A DNA stretch of 19,248 nucleotides from a virus: UHGV virus genome UHGV-0135199; one strand, 5' to 3'. Below are positions 1 to 7,946 of the stretch, piece by piece. The position numbers were made by a program, and so were the translations under genes. The notes beneath the pieces were generated by a model. It saw nothing but the letters and a program-made list of their open reading frames with translations. It did no database searches and had not been told where the DNA came from. Position 1 is the first letter of the stretch. Each line of letters starts with the position of its first letter.

Positions 1-468
1 TTATCTGAGGCATTGCTCACGAATGTATAGCTGTGCCCCTTCCAGTTGCTTCTGCATCGTCATCAATCGGTCTCTGAGGGTGAAATAATCCCGTTCAGCG
101 GTGTCTGCCAGTCGGGGGATGGTTGCATTATCCACGCTGGTGGGGCCGGTGGCTTCACGCACGGCTGCGGAGCAACTGGCATTGACCCGCAGGCGCTTAC
201 GACCAGCGGCAACATCAGCGCGCAGAGTTTCATTTTCAGCTTTCGCATTGGCTAATTCTCTCGAGTACTTTGCATCGAGCGCAGCAACATCACGCTGACG
301 CTGCTGCATGTCAGCGATGGTGGCGATCGCCTGCTTCAGCTCACTGACTTTTTTATCACGTTGTTCTTTGTAGGCGATGGCGTTATCACGGTAATGATTG
401 ACCGCCCACGACAGGCAGACGATAGTGCAGATAACCAGAGCATAAATAATTGCGGCGACTCTGCTCAC
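1..468 (-). CDS. Rz: Rz i-spanin
   Basis: Translation from GTG at 468 begins [14 protein letters not shown]..., closely matching lambda Rz as recalled; GTGA overlap with the endolysin stop; stop codon at 1..3. The ORF-track start at 483 is a TTG and probably not used. Confidence 0.85.
   Translation of the reverse strand: MSRVAAIIYALVICTIVCLSWAVNHYRDNAIAYKEQRDKKVSELKQAIATIADMQQRQRDVAALDAKYSRELANAKAENETLRADVAAGRKRLRVNASCSAAVREATGPTSVDNATIPRLADTAERDYFTLRDRLMTMQKQLEGAQLYIREQCLR
63..248 (-). CDS. Rz1: Rz1 o-spanin lipoprotein, embedded in the +1 frame of Rz
   Basis: [20 protein letters not shown]... with lipobox and proline-rich tail, matching lambda Rz1; fully nested in Rz. Confidence 0.8.
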   Translation of the reverse strand: MRKLKMKLCALMLPLVVSACGSMPVAPQPCVKPPAPPAWIMQPSPDWQTPLNGIISPSETD

Positions 469-998
469 TGATCTATTCCCCAACAGGCTAATGCGCTTTC
501 CTGGTCACGACGAATAACCTGACCGTAACAGTTATTTGAACGAATGCGGCAATCACGGCCACCGTCCTTAATCCACCAGCGAATCGCCTCGCATGCACCT
601 TTACGATCACCAGCATTCAGCCGCTTATAAAACGTCGACGGGAAACACTTACCGGGGCCAATGTTATAGGGACAAAATGACGCTATACCCGCTTTCTGTG
701 GTTCGGTCAGTGGCACTTTAATATTGCGCTCCACCCATACCAGCGCCTTATCCCGTTCAATGGCGTTAACCTGGTCGCATTTTTCCTTCGACAGTTTCAT
801 ACCGGGAAAAACGGGTTTTCCATCCACCACCGTGGCACCCCGACAGATGGTCCAGATGCCGGAACCATCGCGGTATGCCGTTGTGTGGTTACCTTCTTTT
901 TCATCCAGAAACTGGTCGAGAATATCAGGCGCAGGCGCACCGACGGCAATCAGTGCCAGAACGGCAGCCGACAGGCCGTATCTGATTTTTGCGTTCAT
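465..998 (-). CDS. R: SAR endolysin (T4-lysozyme-like glycoside hydrolase)
   Basis: N-terminal hydrophobic signal-anchor-release segment ([17 protein letters not shown]) followed by an E-x8-D-x5-T lysozyme catalytic motif ([16 protein letters not shown]); resembles endolysins of 21/933W-type phages. Confidence 0.85.
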   Translation of the reverse strand: MNAKIRYGLSAAVLALIAVGAPAPDILDQFLDEKEGNHTTAYRDGSGIWTICRGATVVDGKPVFPGMKLSKEKCDQVNAIERDKALVWVERNIKVPLTEPQKAGIASFCPYNIGPGKCFPSTFYKRLNAGDRKGACEAIRWWIKDGGRDCRIRSNNCYGQVIRRDQESALACWGIDQ

Positions 999-1103
999 GG
1001 ATATTTATCAGGATTTATCGGTTTCTGAACCCTGGATATGTTTATCTGTCCCGGCCTGTTGAATCAGGCGGGGAAAAGGTAAAGACAATCAAGAGGATTA
1101 TTT

Positions 1104-1376
1104 ATGGACAATAACACCATTTCTCTACAGGAGTTGCTCGACTGCATTTCCAGGCTTCGGGATGATGTAAATGCCCTCACTGTTGCATTTTCATATCTGG
1201 CCTTATCAATTCCCAGAGAACAAATGCAACCAACACTGGCATCGCTCCTGCTTGAATCACGCAACCCCAAATGGTCCCAGGAACAACAAAATTCTTTCAA
1301 GTGGCTGGCGGCATTACTGGAAGAAAAATATGCTGGTAAAATTACCATTTCGGTGGATTCTTCAGAGAATCAGTAA
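1104..1376 (+). CDS. Hypothetical protein (90 aa), convergent with the lysis genes
   Basis: ATG at 1104 preceded by AAGAGGA with a 6-nt spacer; no family recognised; its 3' end overlaps the 3' end of the 1342..1686 gene by about 35 bp. Confidence 0.45.
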   Translation: MDNNTISLQELLDCISRLRDDVNALTVAFSYLALSIPREQMQPTLASLLLESRNPKWSQEQQNSFKWLAALLEEKYAGKITISVDSSENQ

Positions 1377-1686
1377 TTCTTCCTGGTAGCTTTCCTTTGT
1401 AGGTTATCCACACATTCTGCGCATCTAAAATTACGGGGCGCTTTTCCGGCGACTGCTCATCCCCTTCACATAACCCGGCAGCAACATCCAGGAAGACCTG
1501 TCTGATGCTCCTTCTGGCTGCTGCCTCATAAAACTCCAGCGCGGCACCTTCAACACGGTCCAGCGAGATGTCCAGGTCAAAAATTTCACCGTCAAAGCGT
1601 TTTTTGTCCCGTAACGCTAAAGTTACCGTAACTTTATTCTCAAAATTGCGGATCCCTTTCACAATCACTTCATAGTTTTGAGTCAT
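1342..1686 (-). CDS. Hypothetical protein (114 aa) between holin and endolysin; possibly YdfR-like
   Basis: ATG at 1686 with GGGAGAG SD lying over the holin stop (tight coupling); N-terminus MTQNYEVIVKGIRNFENKVTV recalls YdfR of the Qin prophage (unverified recollection). Confidence 0.55.
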   Translation of the reverse strand: MTQNYEVIVKGIRNFENKVTVTLALRDKKRFDGEIFDLDISLDRVEGAALEFYEAAARRSIRQVFLDVAAGLCEGDEQSPEKRPVILDAQNVWITYKGKLPGRITDSLKNPPKW

Positions 1687-1690
1687 TGAA

Positions 1691-1906
1691 TTACTCTCCC
1701 CGTGCAGCCTTACGCTTGTCTTCTCTTATTTTGAAATACAGATTCGTCAGATAAGTCAGGAAGCCCAGAACCAGACTCCCCAGTACACCAATCGCAGCCC
1801 ACTGTGACGGACTGACCTGATCAAGCCACTGTAAATACCAGTAGCCAGCACTGCCTGCGGAGGTGCCGTAGGCAATGCCCGTTGAAATTTTATCCATGGA
1901 TTTCAT
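1691..1906 (-). CDS. S: Class II holin (pinholin, phage 21 S family) with dual-start motif MKSMDK
   Basis: [71 protein letters not shown] matches S21 as recalled; GGGGGTGAGG SD upstream; the ORF-track N-terminal extension is rejected. Confidence 0.9.
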   Translation of the reverse strand: MKSMDKISTGIAYGTSAGSAGYWYLQWLDQVSPSQWAAIGVLGSLVLGFLTYLTNLYFKIREDKRKAARGE

Positions 1907-2009
1907 AGCCTCACCCCCGCAGATAACGGATGGCGTATTCAGTTCAGGAAGATCGAGGGATAAATGATGAGACCTATTCACCTGCGGTGAGGGATTCACA
2001 TTATACAAA

Positions 2010-2744
2010 TTAATAAGCCAGAGATTTTTCTGGTATATCTTTTGAAGAGTACTGATTTGGGGTCACGCCAAAATATTTTCTGAAAACAGAAATAAAATAA
2101 GACACATTTTCATAACCACAAATTCCTGCGACCTCACAGATTGAATAGCGGTGGGTATTTAACAAATTTTCTGCTACAACCATTCTTTCTTCAAGAATAA
2201 TTTTACTAAATGACACCCCTTCATCTTTTAACTTTTTCTTTAACAGGCTTTCACTCAAATACAATCTTGAGGATATATCTCTTAGTCTCCAGCATGCCGC
2301 AATATCCGTATGGATAATAGCCTTAACCTTTCCCCCAACACCATTCAGACATCCGAATAAAAAAGTCTGAAGCATTTTATCTGATGATAAAACCGCAAGA
2401 CATGCAAATGATATTGTACTCTTGATTAATGTCGTATTTGCGCCACTATGATTCAGGCAAATGATTAACTGGCTAAGCAATGAGAAATCAAAAGCACTGA
2501 CCATTAAGTATGCGGGATACCCTCTTCTGACGGAGTGATGTGCAAGAGTATTTATTTTGAAGTAATCGTTAACAGTTTTCTCATCAAAGTCAGCGATAAT
2601 CACATTATCAGGGCATGCAGAGAAAACATTTCTTAAACTATAATCTACAAGAATAGCATCCCCCCTTTCAAGAAAGTGCTCTCTCTTGCCAAACCGGACA
2701 TCAAATGAGTTCAATACCAGGATGACAGAACATATGACCGGCAT
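2010..2744 (-). CDS. AraC/XylS-family transcriptional regulator (accessory gene between Q and holin)
   Basis: C-terminal HTH signature ([31 protein letters not shown]) typical of AraC family; ATG at 2744 preceded by AGGTGGG; region visibly AT-rich relative to neighbours. Confidence 0.8.
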   Translation of the reverse strand: MPVICSVILVLNSFDVRFGKREHFLERGDAILVDYSLRNVFSACPDNVIIADFDEKTVNDYFKINTLAHHSVRRGYPAYLMVSAFDFSLLSQLIICLNHSGANTTLIKSTISFACLAVLSSDKMLQTFLFGCLNGVGGKVKAIIHTDIAACWRLRDISSRLYLSESLLKKKLKDEGVSFSKIILEERMVVAENLLNTHRYSICEVAGICGYENVSYFISVFRKYFGVTPNQYSSKDIPEKSLAY

Positions 2745-2887
2745 ATTACCCACCTGATATTATGAATATTTAAATTAAGTATACGCAGGAAATCACACTT
2801 TACCAAATATGCAATAACAAAATGCTGCGGGAAAAGCCTCACTACCTGTTATCAAGCGGTAGACATACAAATCCCATCATTGAGAAA

Positions 2888-2916
2888 ATCCTATCCATTT
2901 TTTTTGAAAAATGCAA
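2888..2916 (-). promoter_or_regulatory. Candidate late promoter pR' (-35 TTGCAT, 17 bp spacer, -10 TAGGAT) just downstream of Q
   Basis: Hexamers read on the minus strand at the position where lambda carries pR'/qut; AT-rich context makes chance matches likely. Confidence 0.25.
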
Positions 2917-2947
2917 GCATCATGTCGCCATCTTCGGCGAAAATCAT

Positions 2948-3700
2948 CTATCTCGTCACTTTTCTCAATTGCGCTTCTGCGTAAGCTTCTTCTTGCCAGC
3001 ACTTTGTAACAAGTTTATCAATAATGTCAGCATACCCCTTGTACCACTGATAATCCGTCAGGTCCGGTACCAGTTTCTGGACATGATGCCGCGCCAGTGT
3101 GGTTGGTAAACGACTAAACCGGTTTCCATTGCAACGCCCACAAATCTTATAAACAGGCGCGCCATGAAGCCGGGTCCTTTTTTCATCCAGGACAATACCT
3201 TTACCCTTACACCCTCTGCACGCTGTGCTGACTTCTCCCTTACCATGGCAATGCTGACATAGTTCCTTCCCCCACTCTTCCTTGATAACAGATTCCCCGC
3301 TTCTGGAGTGTTTCACCACTTCGCGCAATACATTATGAAATCCAGTACCAGCACAATGCTCACAGCGAGCCTTACTTGCCGCAGACCTGGAATAATCAGC
3401 AAAGGCAAAATTCACAAGGTAAGGGATAATCTGTAACCGGGTTTCTTCACTCAATTTATTCAATGTCGGGTTATCCAGTGCCATCGCGTAATTGAGCAGA
3501 CCTTCAATCGCAAACTGAGGATCCTGAACGCCAGCTTTTGCCAGGAATAAGGCAAACCCAAGCGGTGCTTTCGACTGCACCATCCCCTGCGCAGCCATCA
3601 CATCCGTAATTGATAAACCACCTGAGTCTGTCGCCGGTGCGTCATCGCTCAATTTTGGAGATTTTGGGGAGTAATATTTTGGTAATGCCTCAAGATTCAT
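2948..3700 (-). CDS. Q: Late-gene antiterminator Q (lambda Q family)
   Basis: MNLEALPKYYSPKSPKLSDD...TDVMAAQGM... aligns with lambda Q N-terminus and C-terminus (...KVTR); multiple CxxC zinc-binding motifs; GGAGAG SD upstream of ATG at 3700. Confidence 0.85.
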   Translation of the reverse strand: MNLEALPKYYSPKSPKLSDDAPATDSGGLSITDVMAAQGMVQSKAPLGFALFLAKAGVQDPQFAIEGLLNYAMALDNPTLNKLSEETRLQIIPYLVNFAFADYSRSAASKARCEHCAGTGFHNVLREVVKHSRSGESVIKEEWGKELCQHCHGKGEVSTACRGCKGKGIVLDEKRTRLHGAPVYKICGRCNGNRFSRLPTTLARHHVQKLVPDLTDYQWYKGYADIIDKLVTKCWQEEAYAEAQLRKVTR

Positions 3701-3780
3701 TCTCGCTCTCCATTTACACCAGCACGCCAATTGGCAGCAAAAAACAATAAAACGGCATCAACCGATCGTTATCTCTGGCT

Positions 3781-3918
3781 TCATACAATTGTCTCTGCCA
3801 GTGTTTTGGCGTAATTCTTCAGTATCCGGTAATCGGTCAAAACAGAACCGGGGAAACGATGTAAGCGCAGGCGCATCCAGCGGTGGCGAAGACGTTCTGC
3901 CACATAAAACTCAAACAT
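3781..3918 (-). CDS. ylcG: Small protein (45 aa), YlcG-like
   Basis: [45 protein letters not shown]; ATG overlaps the rusA stop (TGATG); not on the ORF track because below its size cutoff. Confidence 0.6.
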   Translation of the reverse strand: MFEFYVAERLRHRWMRLRLHRFPGSVLTDYRILKNYAKTLAETIV

Positions 3919-4280
3919 CATTCATTCCCCAGTTCGGTGATGGTCAGCTCCAGCTTCCCACCTTTGGTAACAGGCATCTTCACAACACGGTAATCAACGA
4001 CCTGAGCATCATCCAGCCAGAAACTTGCTTTAGTGAGTGCGTCAAAAGCGGCTTTTTGCAGATTATCCAGGTCACGGCGACGGCGATCCGGCATGTGGCA
4101 CTCAATACGGATTTTCACTGGCATAGCCAGGCCGATATCCAGCATTGCGTTTTTAATGATTCGGGTGACGTTATCGCGGTATGCCTGCCCCTCTGCGCTG
4201 ACGTGCGTGCGCCCGCGATTATGGCGGTAATAGCGATTATTGCTCGGAGGCCAGGGTAATATGATACTGTAGGTATTCAC
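3918..4280 (-). CDS. rusA: Holliday junction resolvase RusA
   Basis: [38 protein letters not shown]... matches RusA of DLP12-type prophages; starts with GTG overlapping the ybcO stop. Confidence 0.9.
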   Translation of the reverse strand: MNTYSIILPWPPSNNRYYRHNRGRTHVSAEGQAYRDNVTRIIKNAMLDIGLAMPVKIRIECHMPDRRRRDLDNLQKAAFDALTKASFWLDDAQVVDYRVVKMPVTKGGKLELTITELGNE

Positions 4281-4567
4281 GCCTTAATAACCCCCTCTTT
4301 CAGCCAGATAACCTGTGTTCTCGCCATACCTTCCAGCGCGCATTCTTTTGCATATGCAGCATCGACAAAATGTGTGCGGCGGTCGATTTCGTCGTGGCAG
4401 GCAGAACATGCAATGGTGGCAATCAGGTCTGGCGGTTTGGTACCGGTGCCGCACAATCCAGCCAGCCGGATATGTGCCAGTACAGACGTTTCAGGGTTGC
4501 CATTACATACGCCAGGGATTCTTACCTGGCATTCCCGACCACGCGCTGCTTTTCTCAAATCAGCCAT
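4277..4567 (-). CDS. ybcO: YbcO-like nin-region protein (DUF1364, putative nuclease)
   Basis: [35 protein letters not shown]... matches DLP12 YbcO as recalled; AGGAGG SD upstream of ATG at 4567. Confidence 0.8.
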   Translation of the reverse strand: MADLRKAARGRECQVRIPGVCNGNPETSVLAHIRLAGLCGTGTKPPDLIATIACSACHDEIDRRTHFVDAAYAKECALEGMARTQVIWLKEGVIKA

Positions 4568-4730
4568 GATTCCTCCTTGCTGCCAGTCGCAACCATTTTT
4601 TATCAACCAGGCTGGCGGTATACCCGAGCAGTGTTGGTATTTCGGATGGCTTCAGCTCAGGTTTACGCTTACGACGATTTGGTACTTTGTAGATGTGTCC
4701 GTTCATGACACGAATAAGCGGTGTAGCCAT
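4560..4730 (-). CDS. ninE: NinE
   Basis: Hand-translated 56-aa [59 protein letters not shown]; start overlaps ybcN stop, stop overlaps ybcO start. Confidence 0.75.
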   Translation of the reverse strand: MATPLIRVMNGHIYKVPNRRKRKPELKPSEIPTLLGYTASLVDKKWLRLAARRNHG

Positions 4731-5185
4731 TACGCCTCCTGCTTGTCGCGCAGCAGCTGGAACTCGCAGCGCTGCGGAATAGTCAGGTGGCAGCCAATAT
4801 TCATCGCCCAGGCTTCAACCTTACACAGGAAGACATACATCTCTCCGGTATCAAGATCGGAGGTATGGCGTAACGACTGGATAGTAGTGATTTCGCCGGT
4901 TACGACATCAACCAGGTCCTTGGTTTCATAACCGAGGTATGTGTGTTTGAGAGCATCTTTTACCCATGCTGCGGTAGCGAACGATTTCCCCCTGCTGATG
5001 AGGTATTCACTGATTTCGCTGTACCACATATGGCTGAGTGCATTCTGGGAAAGACTGCGTTTCTCACGCCACGGTTTAAGCACCATGCGAAAGCATTTTC
5101 CGTCCTCCAGATAAGGCTGGATCTGCTTACCGATAGCGGTGAAGTTACCGCGATGTAATTTGATGCCGTCTTGTGGGAGGTTCAC
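4730..5185 (-). CDS. ybcN: NinB/YbcN-family protein
   Basis: [58 protein letters not shown]... matches DLP12 YbcN as recalled; GTG start at 5185 with GGAGGTGA SD. Confidence 0.8.
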   Translation of the reverse strand: MNLPQDGIKLHRGNFTAIGKQIQPYLEDGKCFRMVLKPWREKRSLSQNALSHMWYSEISEYLISRGKSFATAAWVKDALKHTYLGYETKDLVDVVTGEITTIQSLRHTSDLDTGEMYVFLCKVEAWAMNIGCHLTIPQRCEFQLLRDKQEA

Positions 5186-5431
5186 GCTTCACCTCCGCAG
5201 AGGTCAAACGTTGGATGCAAAAAATCGCAGGTGCATTTCTGCATCTGTGACTGGTTGAAAGGTGTTCTGATTGTCGTTTGCACTTTGAGTCCCCTCAAAG
5301 CGCAGAAGTCACCGGAGTTTTTTAGGCTCCGATGACAATATTATGGCTTTTTTATTTCTAAATTCAAAACTTGAAAATATTAAGATTCGCTTTTAAATCA
5401 ACCCTAAACAACTGAAGATAACATCTGATAG

Positions 5432-6391
5432 TCAGCTAATTGCAAAGATATTAAAAATAACTTTAGGGAGTGCGAAAGATGAAATAAAAAGCACAACCAT
5501 AAAAATGGCATGCTTAATAAATGATGAGCTTGTAAAAAAAGCTCCTCCCTTGCTAATTCCTGCCATAAAAACAAAGATAAAGCTAATTAAGCACGACCAT
5601 ATCACTAACAAAACTGAGATTGACATGCTTAAAGACATATCGCGAGAAAATACGTTTACTGAAATAGAAATAAAGGTAAAGAAAGAAGCAAATAAAGCAA
5701 TGACACCCAGCATTGAGTTCCTTGCTGTAATTACTTCCGATTCAAAGCTTTTAACTTTCTCATGTATATCTTTTTCAGCATTTGATAATGTTGCATCAAA
5801 TTGCTCAATCTTTGCAGTTTGCTGAGATAATGAAGACATTACCTTACCTATTTTTCTTTTAGTATCATTAATATTCTTTTTGCTCTTATTCAACTCTTGC
5901 GAAAAATTGGTTAGTTGATCATTGATATTTTTCCAGAGGATGTTATCAATATCACTTTTTGTATATTTTTTTACATTCTCTTTATTAAAAGAAATTGTAG
6001 ATTCAGAATTATTATTAACAAAGTAATTAGATAAAATGGCATTAGAGACAGTATTATCCATCACCGGCACAGTTGCTTTTGAACTGTATTTTATAGCTTC
6101 ATGCGACATTTCTTTTTCATTAACAAAAAGAGAGGTTTTTATTAAGTTTTGTGGTGCCGCGTCTTTGATAGATATACTTTCCCGCTCTTTATTTGAAGCT
6201 GTTGCAGTTTTATTATCTATCTGCAAATTACTAATTTTTTGTACCCCTCCTGTATACGTAGATGTACTATTCGATACTTGTGAATTAGAATAAAGTGAAT
6301 GATGCGCAGTTCTTTTTGCCATGTCATCGTTGACTATAGCATTATTTTTTGCAGTTCTTTTTATATCCTTTTTATTATCATCCTTATTCAT
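5432..6391 (-). CDS. Hypothetical membrane protein (319 aa): N-terminal low-complexity Asn/Ser/Thr/Lys-rich region, central probable coiled coil, three C-terminal hydrophobic helices
   Basis: Hydrophobic stretches at about residues 228-248, 257-279 and 293-316 (hand counted); ATG at 6391 lies 14 bp after the upstream gene's stop with GAGGTGG SD in the gap; strongly AT-rich; no family recognised. Confidence 0.7.
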   Translation of the reverse strand: MNKDDNKKDIKRTAKNNAIVNDDMAKRTAHHSLYSNSQVSNSTSTYTGGVQKISNLQIDNKTATASNKERESISIKDAAPQNLIKTSLFVNEKEMSHEAIKYSSKATVPVMDNTVSNAILSNYFVNNNSESTISFNKENVKKYTKSDIDNILWKNINDQLTNFSQELNKSKKNINDTKRKIGKVMSSLSQQTAKIEQFDATLSNAEKDIHEKVKSFESEVITARNSMLGVIALFASFFTFISISVNVFSRDMSLSMSISVLLVIWSCLISFIFVFMAGISKGGAFFTSSSFIKHAIFMVVLFISSFALPKVIFNIFAIS

Positions 6392-6405
6392 TCAGCCACC
6401 TCACA

Positions 6406-7071
6406 TTACTGAATTTCATTCACTTTACTTAAAAAGGCTTTTTTTGTTTTTTCTGCGGTATATTTATCTTTAAATATAAAACTCTCGATTGTATTCACAT
6501 CGATCTGTTTCACTAGCATTGGTTGTTCTCTGACAATATCATATCCTGGCATAATCGACAAATGACAATTAAATATGGACTGCTCAAACTCGAATTTTTT
6601 ATTATACATTAAATTAATATCTTCAATTATTTCGCTATCATTCTGCATGTTGTTACTAAGATAGTTTTTAACAATCTCTTTGTTTGGGTTGTTGTTTAAT
6701 TCCGCCTTAACGGCCACCAAGCCTATTCTGATAATATCCTTATTGAGTTCTTTATGGATACCAACCACACTATCGAAAACTTCTTGAAACAAATGTAAGT
6801 CTACCTCTTGCTCAGAATCCATACGTTCAAAAAACAAATCACATCTCTGCAGTGAGCATTGAACTCTAAATTTATTATCTATAGAAAACAATTGGAGACG
6901 AGGAATCTCTGGTGGGGTATCCATAGGTAAAACGCCCAACATCATATTGTTTGTTAATTCAATACCTGCCTTCTTTTTAAAAGTTTGCCTAATAAAATAC
7001 GACATTCCATCGAAATCGACAGTCGTTGATGAATCGTAAAAAAATACCATTTGTAACTGTATGATTTTCAT
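6406..7071 (-). CDS. Hypothetical soluble protein (221 aa), first gene of the two-gene AT-rich cassette
   Basis: Long ORF in very AT-rich DNA, translationally coupled to the downstream membrane protein; no recognisable motif; start codon choice uncertain (weak SD at 7071). Confidence 0.65.
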   Translation of the reverse strand: MKIIQLQMVFFYDSSTTVDFDGMSYFIRQTFKKKAGIELTNNMMLGVLPMDTPPEIPRLQLFSIDNKFRVQCSLQRCDLFFERMDSEQEVDLHLFQEVFDSVVGIHKELNKDIIRIGLVAVKAELNNNPNKEIVKNYLSNNMQNDSEIIEDINLMYNKKFEFEQSIFNCHLSIMPGYDIVREQPMLVKQIDVNTIESFIFKDKYTAEKTKKAFLSKVNEIQ

Positions 7072-7223
7072 CCTATATTCCAGGTTTCAGCAATGTAAAT
7101 TTGGCGCATTATTCTAGCTTACAACAGCAACATTTTTGAAGGGCTTTGCTAAAACTTTTATTCTCAGTGGCATTAATTTCAACCAATAGGACCCGAACAG
7201 AAAAAAACATAAAAATCAATGCA

Positions 7224-7946
7224 TTATTTCGAAATCTTTTTATATAATGCTTTTCCCCCTTTCAGCCCAAACTTAGCTTTGATTTCTGCGATCTTCGCCA
7301 GAGCCTGTGCACGATTTAGAGGTCTACCGCCCATGACAGGAAGTTGTTTTACTGGTTCAGGGATCGCCTCACCACGGTTAATTCTCGCAGTCATATGGAC
7401 AAGCTCATCTGCGGCCTTACGGCGTAATTCCGCATCAGTAAGCGCATTGGCCCGCATGTTCTGATACAGGTTGGTAACCAGCCAGTAGTGCGCGTTTGAT
7501 TTCCACGGATAAGACTCCGCATCCGGATACAGGCCTCGCTTCCGGCAATACTCGTAAACCATATCAACCAGATCGCTGACGTTTGGCAGTCCGGCGATAA
7601 CGGATGCTTCTTCCCGGCACCATGCAACAAACTGCCCGGGTGATGGCAGAAATGGTCGATTCTGCCGACGGGCTACGCGCATTCCTGCGTTAACCTGTTC
7701 CATTGTGGTGATCCCGTTTTCCCGGAAAGCCAGAACCCACTGGCGGCGGATTTCGTTCAGTTCGTTCTGGTCACGGTTAGCCAGACTCGCCGGGAAAGTT
7801 GCCAGTAACTGGCTGAACACACCGTTGATGATCTGCGCTACCTGCTGTACCTGCGGCTTTTCGTCGTACTGTTCCGGCATGTTGTTGGCGATCCGACGCA
7901 TCTGCTCACGGTCAAAGTTAACCATCTGTGCGGCGATGTTTTTCAT
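7224..7946 (-). CDS. P: Replication protein P (DnaB helicase loader)
   Basis: MKNIAAQMVNFDREQMRRIANNMPEQYDEKPQVQQVAQIINGVF... near-identical to lambda P as recalled; ATGA overlap with O stop; C-terminal residues differ from lambda where the downstream insertion begins. Confidence 0.95.
   Translation of the reverse strand: MKNIAAQMVNFDREQMRRIANNMPEQYDEKPQVQQVAQIINGVFSQLLATFPASLANRDQNELNEIRRQWVLAFRENGITTMEQVNAGMRVARRQNRPFLPSPGQFVAWCREEASVIAGLPNVSDLVDMVYEYCRKRGLYPDAESYPWKSNAHYWLVTNLYQNMRANALTDAELRRKAADELVHMTARINRGEAIPEPVKQLPVMGGRPLNRAQALAKIAEIKAKFGLKGGKALYKKISK

Noticed and set aside
46-298. Plus-strand ORFs 46..255 and 101..298 inside Rz/Rz1
   Set aside because: Antisense to well-supported Rz and Rz1 genes; no RBS; composition-driven open frames
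724-1062. Plus-strand ORF antisense to the endolysin
   Set aside because: Lies entirely within the endolysin on the opposite strand; no homology recognised
1064-1348. Minus-strand 94-aa ORF between endolysin and the YdfR-like gene
   Set aside because: Fully overlaps the plus-strand 1104..1376 ORF, which has the better RBS; the product is low complexity with no hydrophobic or recognisable features; kept only as an alternative
1691-2008. ORF-track 105-aa version of the holin
   Set aside because: The N-terminal 34 residues are an upstream extension; the conserved holin begins at MKSMDK (1906) with its own SD
2822-3246. ORFs 2822..3109 (+) and 3058..3246 (-) overlapping Q
   Set aside because: Overlap the well-supported Q reading frame, antisense or out of frame
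3789-4931. Plus-strand ORFs (3789..4259, 4033..4230, 4315..4569, 4370..4708, 4374..4931, 4943..5158) across the nin region
   Set aside because: All antisense to the tightly packed, overlapping rusA-ybcO-ninE-ybcN operon; no starts with RBS
5505-6293. Plus-strand ORFs 5505..5825 and 6036..6293 inside the membrane-protein gene
   Set aside because: Antisense to the long 319-aa ORF; such frames arise readily in AT-rich DNA
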